Source of the DNA: a virus
IMG/VR virus record: IMGVR_UViG_3300045988_144476
Length of the DNA stretch: 64,000 nt
Reading direction: 5' to 3' (one strand)
The translations under genes and the position numbers were made by a program. The notes beneath the pieces are model-generated. The model was given only the letters and a program-made list of their open reading frames with translations. It did no database searches and was not told where the DNA came from. Positions 55,125 through 63,867 of this stretch are shown here, piece after piece (the stretch's first letter is position 1; each line of letters opens with the position of its first letter).

Positions 55125-55308
55125 AGGTATTTTGTGGTTGTAGATGATGCATTACAACACGATTGCACGGCAAATACCTGATTTATTCTTTAATAAATCA
55201 TGCATAAGCAAAGCTATACAATCTTGTATACGCAATGCGAAAAGAGAATTCTGCCCGTTCTGGGCGAAACTTCCCAAATAAGAAATTTTTATTAGGGGAG
55301 GAGGTGAA
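55125..55308 (+). ncRNA. About 185-nt structured 5' leader of peptide 2 (class unknown)
   Basis: Stems aggtattt/aaatacct, gttgta/tacaac, tgatttatt/aataaatca, tatacaa/tgtata and gccc/gggc. Hairpin 55271-55299 pairs UUCCC with the first GGGGA of the SD. Confidence 0.4.
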
Positions 55309-55494
55309 ATGAATATGATTGAATTGTTTAGTATTTTTGGAGGTCTTCTAGTAATTATAATCTTAGCTCATATGTATTATAGTTCAAAGAAACACACCAT
55401 TGATCAGATTTGTAATCATCCAGAATTATCTGATGAGAAAGTTGAATCGATCACTAAAATGATGAAAAGACAGTACAAAGATCGTATCAAATAA
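55309..55494 (+). CDS. Small membrane peptide 2 (61 aa), type I toxin-like architecture
   Basis: GGGGAGGAGGTG RBS. N-terminal TM helix LFSIFGGLLVIIILAHMYY and a K/E-rich tail. Confidence 0.6.
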   Translation: MNMIELFSIFGGLLVIIILAHMYYSSKKHTIDQICNHPELSDEKVESITKMMKRQYKDRIK

Positions 55495-55572
55495 TTCTAA
55501 TGTCATTTCCCAATTATGAATTCTCCTTTAGATTTAAAGTTTTAATAGATTTTTAGAAATGTTTACGAAAGA

Positions 55573-55598
55573 GGCCGGGAGTATTCTCGGTCTTTTTT
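55573..55598 (+). terminator. Intrinsic terminator closing the + strand cassette
   Basis: ggccggg-agtatt-ctcggtc (7 bp including 2 G-U pairs) followed by TTTTTT. Confidence 0.65.
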
Positions 55599-55985
55599 CT
55601 CTTCATTCACAGTAGAAGAGTAGTACTGAGTGGATTTCACCACCGTTACAGTGGTACATGCATTAAAAGCATATGTCTTTCCGAACTTAACATATACTCC
55701 GAGGAAGGGTGCACTCTCTACACTTCCTGATTATTCATATGCTTCCATCACCATAACTTTCGTTATTGCTTCTAGTGTATCACATATTACTAAACGTAAA
55801 TCAGGTTGGCACATGCGTCACTCTGCGAACTTGCGTTCACTTCACTGCATAAGCAGAATAACAGGCTTCGATGTTTTATTCCTCTATTTATTTATAGCCG
55901 CTAGTCTCCACACATTGATTATTAATCTCTATGTAGATAGGCTCATTATCAAAATCGGAAAAATAAATGTAACCCTGAGTTTGGG

Positions 55986-58900
55986 TCAACCTACGGCTGT
56001 TTTAAAACCACCACCAATTAAGAAATCTAATCCTTTTTTACCTGCATTCTTTACAGTCATTGCTGAGAAAATTGCAGTGATTAGAGCTGGTATTGGTCCT
56101 AAAGTTTTCTCTAATCCGGTAAATCCTTCTGTTAATCCATGTACAAAATCAAGTGCTCCACCTACTTGATCTGAATTATAGAAGTTTAACCAGAATTCGT
56201 CCATTTGAGTTTTAATGGCCTGGACTTTGCCATTGAAAGATTCCATGTATTTCTCTTGGTTTGCTTCAGCGTTACCTTGAGCATTTGTAGCTTCTTCAGC
56301 TAAAGACATGGAGTCTGTGAATGCGTCCAATATGTTCTTGAACTTGGATGTTTGTCTTGTCGCTGCGACATCAAATGCGATTTTTGCTTGCTGTGCATCA
56401 GTCAAATCATTCCATTTGGATTTCAGTTCGGATAATACCGTAACAATTCCACGGTCTGATCCATCTGGATTATAGACATCAACACCTATAGAATGCAGAG
56501 AAGCAGAAGCATTTGATAATGTTGCATTATCAACCTCATCTGCGTATTGTGGCATTTTACCGACTTTTGTGGTTCTGGTAATAATTGTCTTTAAAGCATT
56601 ACCAATTGAACTTCCATCTTCACGAGTTCTTTCAGCTACTTTTGCAGAAATAGCAGCTAATTGTTCATATGACATTCCGGCATCATAAGCAACCTGACCT
56701 GAAGCCTGTACAGCATCAGACATTACCTTAATACCTTTGGCATAATCCATACCCACGTTCGATGATATTTTATCCATTACATCTACTACATGCATAGAAG
56801 CATCAGCAGCAGAAGTAGATCCGTCTTCTAACATATGGAACTGCTGTAAAATACCCTGTACCTGGTCAGCAGCAGTAGAAGCATCAACACCACTTAAGTT
56901 ACTCAGAATAGCAGTCGGTTTAGCAGTTTCCTGAATTTCTTTTGAAGTAGTATTCATATTTGCATAGATCTGATAAATATCCATTGTATTATCAAGAGAC
57001 ATTGACAGATCTTTTGCCATATCAACAGCAGAAGTACCTAAATCAGATAATTGCTGTTTATTCATATCCATGGTATAACTGATAGTAGTTAAAGCCTTAT
57101 CATAATCCATGAATGTATTGAATCCTTCACGCATTTGTTGCCATGCCTGTTGCATAATTTGGATACTACCAACAGCATTTGCGACATCACCAAGAGCGGA
57201 AGTAAAGTTACCTTTTACAAGTCCTTTCAGACTATCTGAAAGAGATGTAAAACCAGATGTTCCGGATTTATTTGTATATTTCTCCATTGTACGGAGACTG
57301 TCATTTGCTTTTTCTATATTACCTGTAAGAGTAACAAGATTACCTGAAACATCTTTAAAAACTAATGATATAGAACCGGTACTTTTATTTATACTAGTTG
57401 AAACTTCATTAGTAAGACCAAGTTGAGATGCATAATTTCTTAGAGCAGAAGTAGCATCATCAATATCTTTTATGGTACCAAGAGTACCTTCTTGTAAAAT
57501 ACCTTTTCCATTTTTTCTATCATATCCAGAAGCAGTTTTTTGGAAATTTTCAATATCAGAAATGATATTATTAACAGAATCATGAAAATTATTTTCGTCA
57601 ATTTCTTTATTATTAAGTGAATCAACTAATTGATTGTATCGTGTTCTAAATTCAGTGATCTTATCTTTGTAGGCATCAATTTTATTTCCAGAATTTGCAA
57701 ATTTATTTAATTTATTTATTTGTTCTGCGAAATTAAGCTCGTCATTACCTGTCACAGTATTTTCATAATAATTCTTTAGATCTGTAAATTTTTCGGTCTG
57801 TTCTTGTATTTTATCAACATAATCTAAAATACCATTAGCATTTTTATTTTGATTAAATGCACTTTCAGCATCTTTAGTAGATGTTTTTATACTTTCTAAA
57901 TCAGCTTTTAAACGATCGGTTATACGACCTGCACTTTCAAGTTTGGTGAGATAACTATCGACTTGATTTAAGAATGACTTAGAATTATTTGAAATTAACT
58001 GATCTTGAGTAGCATTGGCTCTATTACGAATATCAAATATTGCATTTTCAGCAACTTCTTTCCCAAATATGCTATTTACTTGTGCACGAAGACTTTGATA
58101 TGCATTAGTATAATTTTCACCTAAAATCTTTCCGGCAGTAATATCGGCTCCATCTTTAGTAGCAAGACCAAGAAGTTTGTTTTCGTTATTTCTTTTGTTT
58201 GAATATGCCTTCTTCATCAATTCAATGATATTATTGTTTTTACCATCAAAATTAGAATAATCAGACATATCATCAAAAGCCTTTTGATATGAATCAAATT
58301 TCTTTTGATCTAAAATTCTGTCGGGATTTGATTTATTATTATCGTATACTGTATTATAAAAATCCCCAACTTCTTTTCGTAAAGATTTAATTTTATCTAC
58401 TTGAGCATTTACTTTTTCAATGTATTCATCTTTACCATATTTGCCAGAAGCTCCATTTGCCTGGATATTATATAAATCAACATATGCTTGTTTTAATTCT
58501 TTAACTTTAGCAATAGCAGAGTCATATGTTTGATTATAATCATCTATATTTTTCTGTGTATTTTCTTTCTGAAAAGCACTATATGCACCTTGTTCAGCTT
58601 CACCTAATTTACTTTTTTGGGTGTTATAAGCATTTACACGATCTTTTCCTAATACATCAGAATGCTGTTCAATAAATTTATCGGCATCCTCAATATTCTT
58701 TTGTTTATTATCAATTTCTTTGCGTAAATTGTTAATTAATTCATTAGAAGCACCTTTAGATTTAGCAGAAGATAATTCTTTATTTTTCTTCTCTAGTTTA
58801 GAAAGACCATTCATTAAATCGGTGTATTCAGAAATAATTTGATCTGAAATACGATTTCCCGCACGTTCGTTCATATCAATCCGATGTTGTTCAATTCCTT

Positions 58901-61775
58901 TTTGAATTGCCTCATCAAATTGTTCAGTCGTATATTCAGGATGTTCTTGAGCATAAGTCTCTGCATCTGCTCTTAAGCTCTTCATACGTCCCTTTAAATA
59001 TCCAATACGTTTTTTAGAAGCTTTAATATTAGATTGACTACTATTTTTGGCAATACCTGCCTCCATATCAGCAAGATCTTCACGTTCGGTCATTAATCTT
59101 TTTTCTATATTAATTGCTTCTGTCTCTAACGCTGCATATCCGCTTTTTATATCACCGCCAGATTGTCTCCATAAACCATCTGAATCTTTTGTGAGAGTTC
59201 TAGTGTATGATCGTCCGGTCTGATCGTCTTTGTAAACTGTAGTCTTTTTTCGACCATTAATGTCTTCCTTATTAGACACAAGTCTATAATTCTTATATGG
59301 ATTATCTTGTTCCAAAAACCCTAAAAGTTTTTCTGGAGAAAGTTTAAATCCATTATATGTACTACCTAAAAGATTTCCAGATTTATAACCAGTTAAAAAA
59401 TTCTCTTTATGAGCAATAAAACTTTGTTCGTTTTCAGCTGCTTGAGCATTTTTCTTAGCTTGTATAATACGAACTCTTTGTTCTTCTCTATCAGATTTGC
59501 TTTGAGCAGTATCTGTAGATACTTTTAATTTAGGCGCAGAAGTAACTTTATATTTTCTTTCTTCTTGTTTAACAGATTCTTCCTGCTTCTTAGCCGTATC
59601 CTCAGTAGCAACACCAAGTCTCTTAGTAGAATCAGCCATCTGATCAATATTTTCAGTGGCATTACCGGCAGCAGAAGCAACAGCATCATTGATATGATCA
59701 ACGGCAGTATCCACAGCATCTGCAGTCTTTTCTGTTTTCTTAGCTTGAGTGGTAGGAGATTTAGAAGAAGTAGATGTATCCTCTAAAGAATCACGAAGTG
59801 CATAATGAGTGTCAGAAAGAAAATATAATCCTTTAGTATCTTTACCAGATTTTTTACGAATTTTCCCTAATAATCTTTCTTCGTATCTTTCTGTTTTATC
59901 TAAATCTGCAATAGATAAATTTCCGTTATTTTTTTTGATATTTTGAGCAAACATCTGATTGACAAGTTTATCAGCTGCATTTCTAATACTATCATGTGAT
60001 AATAATGTACCATCAAAATTATTTATCTGATCATAAATTTGAGAAAAAATAGATAATCTTTGTTCTAACCCTTTTAATTCTGATTCGGCATCTTTCAAAT
60101 TAGTATTTTGATTTACATAAGGAGAATGTAAATTTAAAGCTTCTGCAGGTATACCATTTTTTAAAGCAGTTATATAATATTTTCTTGTTTTATATAAAGC
60201 TGCAGTTTCTGAAAAACTACCTTGTGGTATATCTGGATTTTCTCGAATTTGATCTAAATCTCTTGAAGCTGCCATAAATTTTGTGGCGGCATTTTTTTTA
60301 CCAGTAGCAGAATAATCAGCGTTTACAATTGAATCATATACAGAACCTTTCGAAGTAATATTCTGTGTAGGAGTAGTAGATTGAGTGGATTTCTTCTGGG
60401 TAGTTTTAGGTTTAGAAGAAGTAGATTTGGAAGTAGATTTCTTTTTAGGAGTGGTTGTTTTTGGAGCGAAACTAGAAACAGCTTTCTTTTCCGCATCTTG
60501 TTGCTCTAAGAATAGTTTGGCAGATTGTTCTTCATATATTTTTTTGAAAAATCCTGTAGTATCTTGTTCGAATATAAGGTTTTTTACGTCATCAAAATCT
60601 TGAAGATCTTTAAGACCTGTTCCACCCTTATATTTATACACTAGGAGATTTCCAAGAATACCAGCCTGAACAGTTGGGCTTAAGTCTTCATTTTGAAAAT
60701 CATGTTCCCGTCTGTATCTATTTAATGTTGCTCTTGACGTTTTAGCGTCATTTTTTTCAATAGCTTCTAGTATTTTATCTTTAGCATTAGATAATTCTCT
60801 ATTTTTAGTATCTAAAATATCACGTTTTCCTGCATCTTTAGCTTGGGCTGTCAGTCCAGTTTGCACTGACTTTAAAGCATCTATAACTTCTTTAGATCCA
60901 GCACCAATGGATTTTGCTGCTGTAATAAATACTGTAGCGATTCCTTCACCACCAGCTTCTAACGAAGTCTTTATATCGCCAATTAATGCTTTTTGAGATA
61001 CTTCTTCAGTAACAGATGTATTAAAACCGGGAATAAGTTCAGAATTTTTTTTGGTAAAATAATTTCTTGTGGCTACTTGATGACCACCTAAATTATCTGG
61101 AGTATTATTTTTATTAAATTGTTCAACAAGTCTGTCATGATAAGCAAGAACGTCCGCTTGTCTTTGTCGTGCAGCTAACATTTCATCTAAAGTTTCATAT
61201 TCTTCAGCTTTAAAAAGTCCAGACTTACTGCTATAAGATTCATTAATTTTTTTTATAATATTACCAATACGAAACAATTCTGCAATTTGTTCTTGATATT
61301 CACTAGAAATTTTATTCTTATTTATAAAAGAAGTAATTCCACCACGAACTCTTGAATCTAATTCAGAAGTAGACGCTAATTCTGGATATTGAGACATAAA
61401 ATCTTTTACATTAGCATTTTTACCTAATTGTGTTAAATTTTTTTTTGTAACGTTGGTAGTTGCATTTGAAATAGCACTTTCTAATGCCTTTGCATATGCT
61501 TTAGCGTCACTTAAAGTTTTCTTATCAAGATTTGATGGAAGTTTTACTTCTCCCATTAATGGAATTTTAGTTTCTTTATATTTAATCTCAGCTTCTGTTT
61601 TAATTGGCTTTTCAGCCTCTCTACGAGCTTTATCTATTTTTGATGTATCTGGGATAATAGTATCTTTTGTTTCATAATCTTTACTTGCTTCTTTTTTCCA
61701 TTCATCCCATAATTTTTTATCAACATTAATCGGAACATTTATTTCATGTTCGCCACTTGGTCCTTGATAACTCAT
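55986..61775 (-). CDS. Tape measure protein, proximal part (1929 aa, TP901-type core)
   Basis: AGGTGA RBS and long coiled coils. Core-region motif MDYAKGIKVMSDAVQASGQVAYDAGMSYEQLAAISAKVAERTREDGSSIGNALKTII. Ends in hydrophobic GPIPALITAIFSAMTV...GGGFKTAVG. Confidence 0.85.
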   Translation of the reverse strand: MSYQGPSGEHEINVPINVDKKLWDEWKKEASKDYETKDTIIPDTSKIDKARREAEKPIKTEAEIKYKETKIPLMGEVKLPSNLDKKTLSDAKAYAKALESAISNATTNVTKKNLTQLGKNANVKDFMSQYPELASTSELDSRVRGGITSFINKNKISSEYQEQIAELFRIGNIIKKINESYSSKSGLFKAEEYETLDEMLAARQRQADVLAYHDRLVEQFNKNNTPDNLGGHQVATRNYFTKKNSELIPGFNTSVTEEVSQKALIGDIKTSLEAGGEGIATVFITAAKSIGAGSKEVIDALKSVQTGLTAQAKDAGKRDILDTKNRELSNAKDKILEAIEKNDAKTSRATLNRYRREHDFQNEDLSPTVQAGILGNLLVYKYKGGTGLKDLQDFDDVKNLIFEQDTTGFFKKIYEEQSAKLFLEQQDAEKKAVSSFAPKTTTPKKKSTSKSTSSKPKTTQKKSTQSTTPTQNITSKGSVYDSIVNADYSATGKKNAATKFMAASRDLDQIRENPDIPQGSFSETAALYKTRKYYITALKNGIPAEALNLHSPYVNQNTNLKDAESELKGLEQRLSIFSQIYDQINNFDGTLLSHDSIRNAADKLVNQMFAQNIKKNNGNLSIADLDKTERYEERLLGKIRKKSGKDTKGLYFLSDTHYALRDSLEDTSTSSKSPTTQAKKTEKTADAVDTAVDHINDAVASAAGNATENIDQMADSTKRLGVATEDTAKKQEESVKQEERKYKVTSAPKLKVSTDTAQSKSDREEQRVRIIQAKKNAQAAENEQSFIAHKENFLTGYKSGNLLGSTYNGFKLSPEKLLGFLEQDNPYKNYRLVSNKEDINGRKKTTVYKDDQTGRSYTRTLTKDSDGLWRQSGGDIKSGYAALETEAINIEKRLMTEREDLADMEAGIAKNSSQSNIKASKKRIGYLKGRMKSLRADAETYAQEHPEYTTEQFDEAIQKGIEQHRIDMNERAGNRISDQIISEYTDLMNGLSKLEKKNKELSSAKSKGASNELINNLRKEIDNKQKNIEDADKFIEQHSDVLGKDRVNAYNTQKSKLGEAEQGAYSAFQKENTQKNIDDYNQTYDSAIAKVKELKQAYVDLYNIQANGASGKYGKDEYIEKVNAQVDKIKSLRKEVGDFYNTVYDNNKSNPDRILDQKKFDSYQKAFDDMSDYSNFDGKNNNIIELMKKAYSNKRNNENKLLGLATKDGADITAGKILGENYTNAYQSLRAQVNSIFGKEVAENAIFDIRNRANATQDQLISNNSKSFLNQVDSYLTKLESAGRITDRLKADLESIKTSTKDAESAFNQNKNANGILDYVDKIQEQTEKFTDLKNYYENTVTGNDELNFAEQINKLNKFANSGNKIDAYKDKITEFRTRYNQLVDSLNNKEIDENNFHDSVNNIISDIENFQKTASGYDRKNGKGILQEGTLGTIKDIDDATSALRNYASQLGLTNEVSTSINKSTGSISLVFKDVSGNLVTLTGNIEKANDSLRTMEKYTNKSGTSGFTSLSDSLKGLVKGNFTSALGDVANAVGSIQIMQQAWQQMREGFNTFMDYDKALTTISYTMDMNKQQLSDLGTSAVDMAKDLSMSLDNTMDIYQIYANMNTTSKEIQETAKPTAILSNLSGVDASTAADQVQGILQQFHMLEDGSTSAADASMHVVDVMDKISSNVGMDYAKGIKVMSDAVQASGQVAYDAGMSYEQLAAISAKVAERTREDGSSIGNALKTIITRTTKVGKMPQYADEVDNATLSNASASLHSIGVDVYNPDGSDRGIVTVLSELKSKWNDLTDAQQAKIAFDVAATRQTSKFKNILDAFTDSMSLAEEATNAQGNAEANQEKYMESFNGKVQAIKTQMDEFWLNFYNSDQVGGALDFVHGLTEGFTGLEKTLGPIPALITAIFSAMTVKNAGKKGLDFLIGGGFKTAVG
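55997..56006. repeat. 10-bp direct repeat, right copy (ctgttttaaa)
   Basis: See 52338-52347. Confidence 0.4.
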
Positions 61776-61786
61776 ATTATAATCAC

Positions 61787-62320
61787 CTACCTATTAAATA
61801 GTCTATACTGTTTAAATACTGAATAAGCAGCAGTATTTTTCATATTATCAAATTCTTCGCTTCCCCAAAATGCTGCAATATCACTTTCAATAAGAGGAGC
61901 AGGTGCAGCAGAACGAGCGGCCGGCCTCCCCCACATAACATATGCCGGAACCGGCATACGATATGTAGGTATACCATTATAATATCCTCCACCATGATAA
62001 CCATCCATAATTGTTAATTTATAAATATAATCACCATCTACACTATCAACTCTATGAGTTTTTTGAACCATATCAGAAGTCGAATTCCAAATTACAGACT
62101 TTGCTGTATAACTAACTTTATATGCATTATGTAATGAACCGGTACGTCTGTAATATTCAGGAGAATATGCTTCATAAAATTCATTGATTCGCTTGTTAAA
62201 TATATTTTCTATTTTTTTAGCAATTTTAGGTGCAATTATTTTTGCTATTTTTTGAGGAATCACAGTATCTTTATCTCTGACAAATTCATTTAAAATTTTA
62301 TCGAATTCTCCTGGAGACAT
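61787..62320 (-). CDS. Tail-module protein, unknown function (177 aa)
   Basis: Track ORF trimmed to ATG 62320 (AAGGAAGGTG 6 nt upstream). Immediately upstream of the tape measure. Confidence 0.6.
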   Translation of the reverse strand: MSPGEFDKILNEFVRDKDTVIPQKIAKIIAPKIAKKIENIFNKRINEFYEAYSPEYYRRTGSLHNAYKVSYTAKSVIWNSTSDMVQKTHRVDSVDGDYIYKLTIMDGYHGGGYYNGIPTYRMPVPAYVMWGRPAARSAAPAPLIESDIAAFWGSEEFDNMKNTAAYSVFKQYRLFNR

Positions 62321-62345
62321 ATTACACACCTTCCTTTTACTATTT

Positions 62346-62924
62346 TTAAATCTCTTTAAAAGTCATTTCTTTTGTATCTTCTTCGGATTCTTCGCCTTTT
62401 ACCTGGCTTACTAATTCCTGTAATCCTTCACTTACAAACAATCCAAGAGTAGTGGCTGCAGCATCGACATATTTCTTCACATAAGCATCAGCTGTCTTAT
62501 TTTCTTCCATATAATTATTCATAATCAATCCATTAATGCTTAATAATTCATCAAGTTCATCTTGACCAATAGTTTCCCAAATCATATTCATAATATTTCT
62601 CTGACGAAGCATGTCATAATCATCAAAAGCAGTAGTTTCACTGTCGTCAGTTTTGGATACTTTAATATTCGTATACAATATGAGAGTAGTAGTAACCATA
62701 TTTACTTTTGATAAGAAATAATCCATATGGGATACACCATTTGGTCCAGTAACGATTATTTTGTCAAACATTGTCTGCAAGATTACTTTCTTTTCAAGTA
62801 CAGGACAATATTTTCTTGTAATAATACTTTCAAGCATTTTTTGTTTTGCCTCATCGTTTTTGGCCATATCAAATCTACGACAGAATTCTTTTACATCAAT
62901 TTTTCTTTCTACGTTTTCATTCAT
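62346..62924 (-). CDS. Possible tail assembly chaperone (192 aa)
   Basis: Two genes upstream of the tape measure. Acidic C-terminus (GEESEEDTKE). No frameshift site identified. Confidence 0.45.
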   Translation of the reverse strand: MNENVERKIDVKEFCRRFDMAKNDEAKQKMLESIITRKYCPVLEKKVILQTMFDKIIVTGPNGVSHMDYFLSKVNMVTTTLILYTNIKVSKTDDSETTAFDDYDMLRQRNIMNMIWETIGQDELDELLSINGLIMNNYMEENKTADAYVKKYVDAAATTLGLFVSEGLQELVSQVKGEESEEDTKEMTFKEI

Positions 62925-62936
62925 AACAAAATCCCT

Positions 62937-63503
62937 CTATTCCTTATATTTACAACAAACCATATCTTTAATCTCTTCCTGAACTCTACCTTCTTTTGCC
63001 TTGCGTAGAAGAGAGCAGTTACGTTTATATCTCTTACATGATTTGCATTTATTCTCAAATTCATCTAAATCTTCCTGGCTGTCAAAAATACCAATAAAGT
63101 CTGTTTTATAAATCGTATATTCAATTCTAGGATTCTCAGAATCATATAAAACTTTTACAACACGTTCGCAGGCCATATTATCATCAACCCATACAATCCC
63201 GGAATCTGTAATAGCATCAAAAGCTACCTTCCAATAATTGTTTGTGTCCATATCAATTCTAGGAAAATAAAAAACAGCATCTACATAGTAGTGCTGCATC
63301 GGATCTGGATCAGTTATCCAGCCTTGTTCGGTTGCTTGTTTTTTTACATAATCAATAAAATCTTTTTGAAACTTCTTTGCTTCAGCTGTCTTATAGCTCA
63401 TTGCCATAGCACGACCATTCTTAGTAACAGTTTGATATGCCAGATAATGATTGACTGAAACAAAGTCTTTGACGGTTAATTTCAGTGTTTGAGTATTATG
63501 CAT
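62937..63503 (-). CDS. rusA: RusA-family Holliday junction resolvase with Cys-rich C-terminal extension
   Basis: 188 aa. SVNHYLAY (RusA SNNRYY), FYFPRIDMDTNNYWKVAFDAITDSGIVWVDDNMA (RusA RRDLDNLQKAAFDALT...DD). Extra CKSCKRYKRNC...CC tail. Confidence 0.68.
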   Translation of the reverse strand: MHNTQTLKLTVKDFVSVNHYLAYQTVTKNGRAMAMSYKTAEAKKFQKDFIDYVKKQATEQGWITDPDPMQHYYVDAVFYFPRIDMDTNNYWKVAFDAITDSGIVWVDDNMACERVVKVLYDSENPRIEYTIYKTDFIGIFDSQEDLDEFENKCKSCKRYKRNCSLLRKAKEGRVQEEIKDMVCCKYKE

Positions 63504-63867
63504 AAAAATTACCTATTAATTTAAACTGTATAGTACCACAATCTAAATCTGAAAAATGCATTTTAAAATCATCTATCAAAGCATTAGCATTATATTCATA
63601 CATTAAATTATCAAAACTTTCTGTAATATCTTTAGTCCAAACACCTTTAAAAATAAAAGTTATTTTTTTAACTGTATTTCGCATTTCGTATTCTTTTTTA
63701 ATAAGAGGATAAAATACATCACTTTTAATAGTAATATAACAAGTTTCAATTCTATTTAAATTGACATCGCAATCACGAATATTTCTTAATATACACACTT
63801 CATTGTCTTCAAATTCAATATGTATTTCTTTGACTTTTTCTACATAATAAGATTCATTTTGTTCCAT
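63496..63867 (-). CDS. Hypothetical protein (123 aa)
   Basis: ORF overlapping the rusA-like start by 8 nt. Confidence 0.55.
   Translation of the reverse strand: MEQNESYYVEKVKEIHIEFEDNEVCILRNIRDCDVNLNRIETCYITIKSDVFYPLIKKEYEMRNTVKKITFIFKGVWTKDITESFDNLMYEYNANALIDDFKMHFSDLDCGTIQFKLIGNFYA

Larger units (their letters stand above)
52348..55996 (+). mobile_element. Accessory cassette interrupting the tape-measure reading frame (no recombinase seen inside)
   Basis: Opposite-strand genes with their own promoter and terminator. Bounded by the in-phase 10-bp direct repeat. Confidence 0.35.

Noticed and set aside
55125-55308. c-di-GMP-I (GEMM) riboswitch in leader 2
   Set aside because: GGCAAA and GCAAAGC-like strings are present. 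However, GGCAAATACC is better used in the aggtattt/aaatacct stem, the ACGCAAAGC junction is not matched, and the expected GNRA tetraloop/receptor helices are not there.
55600-55700. T-box leader (CCGTTA and GTGGTAC strings on the + strand; AGAGAG and AGTA on the - strand)
   Set aside because: The fragments lie on different strands. There is no specifier stem architecture and no downstream aminoacyl-tRNA-related gene.
55630-56169. 179-aa + strand ORF (GTG start) downstream of the cassette terminator
   Set aside because: It has no promoter or convincing RBS and starts just after an intrinsic terminator. One third of it runs antisense through the tape-measure 3' end. Its composition (S/T/H/P-rich) is unlike the other proteins. 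It is more likely a chance open frame in a less AT-rich segment.
62330-62345. Programmed -1 frameshift between the two genes upstream of the tape measure (G/GT-type chaperone)
   Set aside because: The downstream ORF has its own strong RBS (AAGGAAGGTG) and ATG. I saw no slippery heptamer at the junction.
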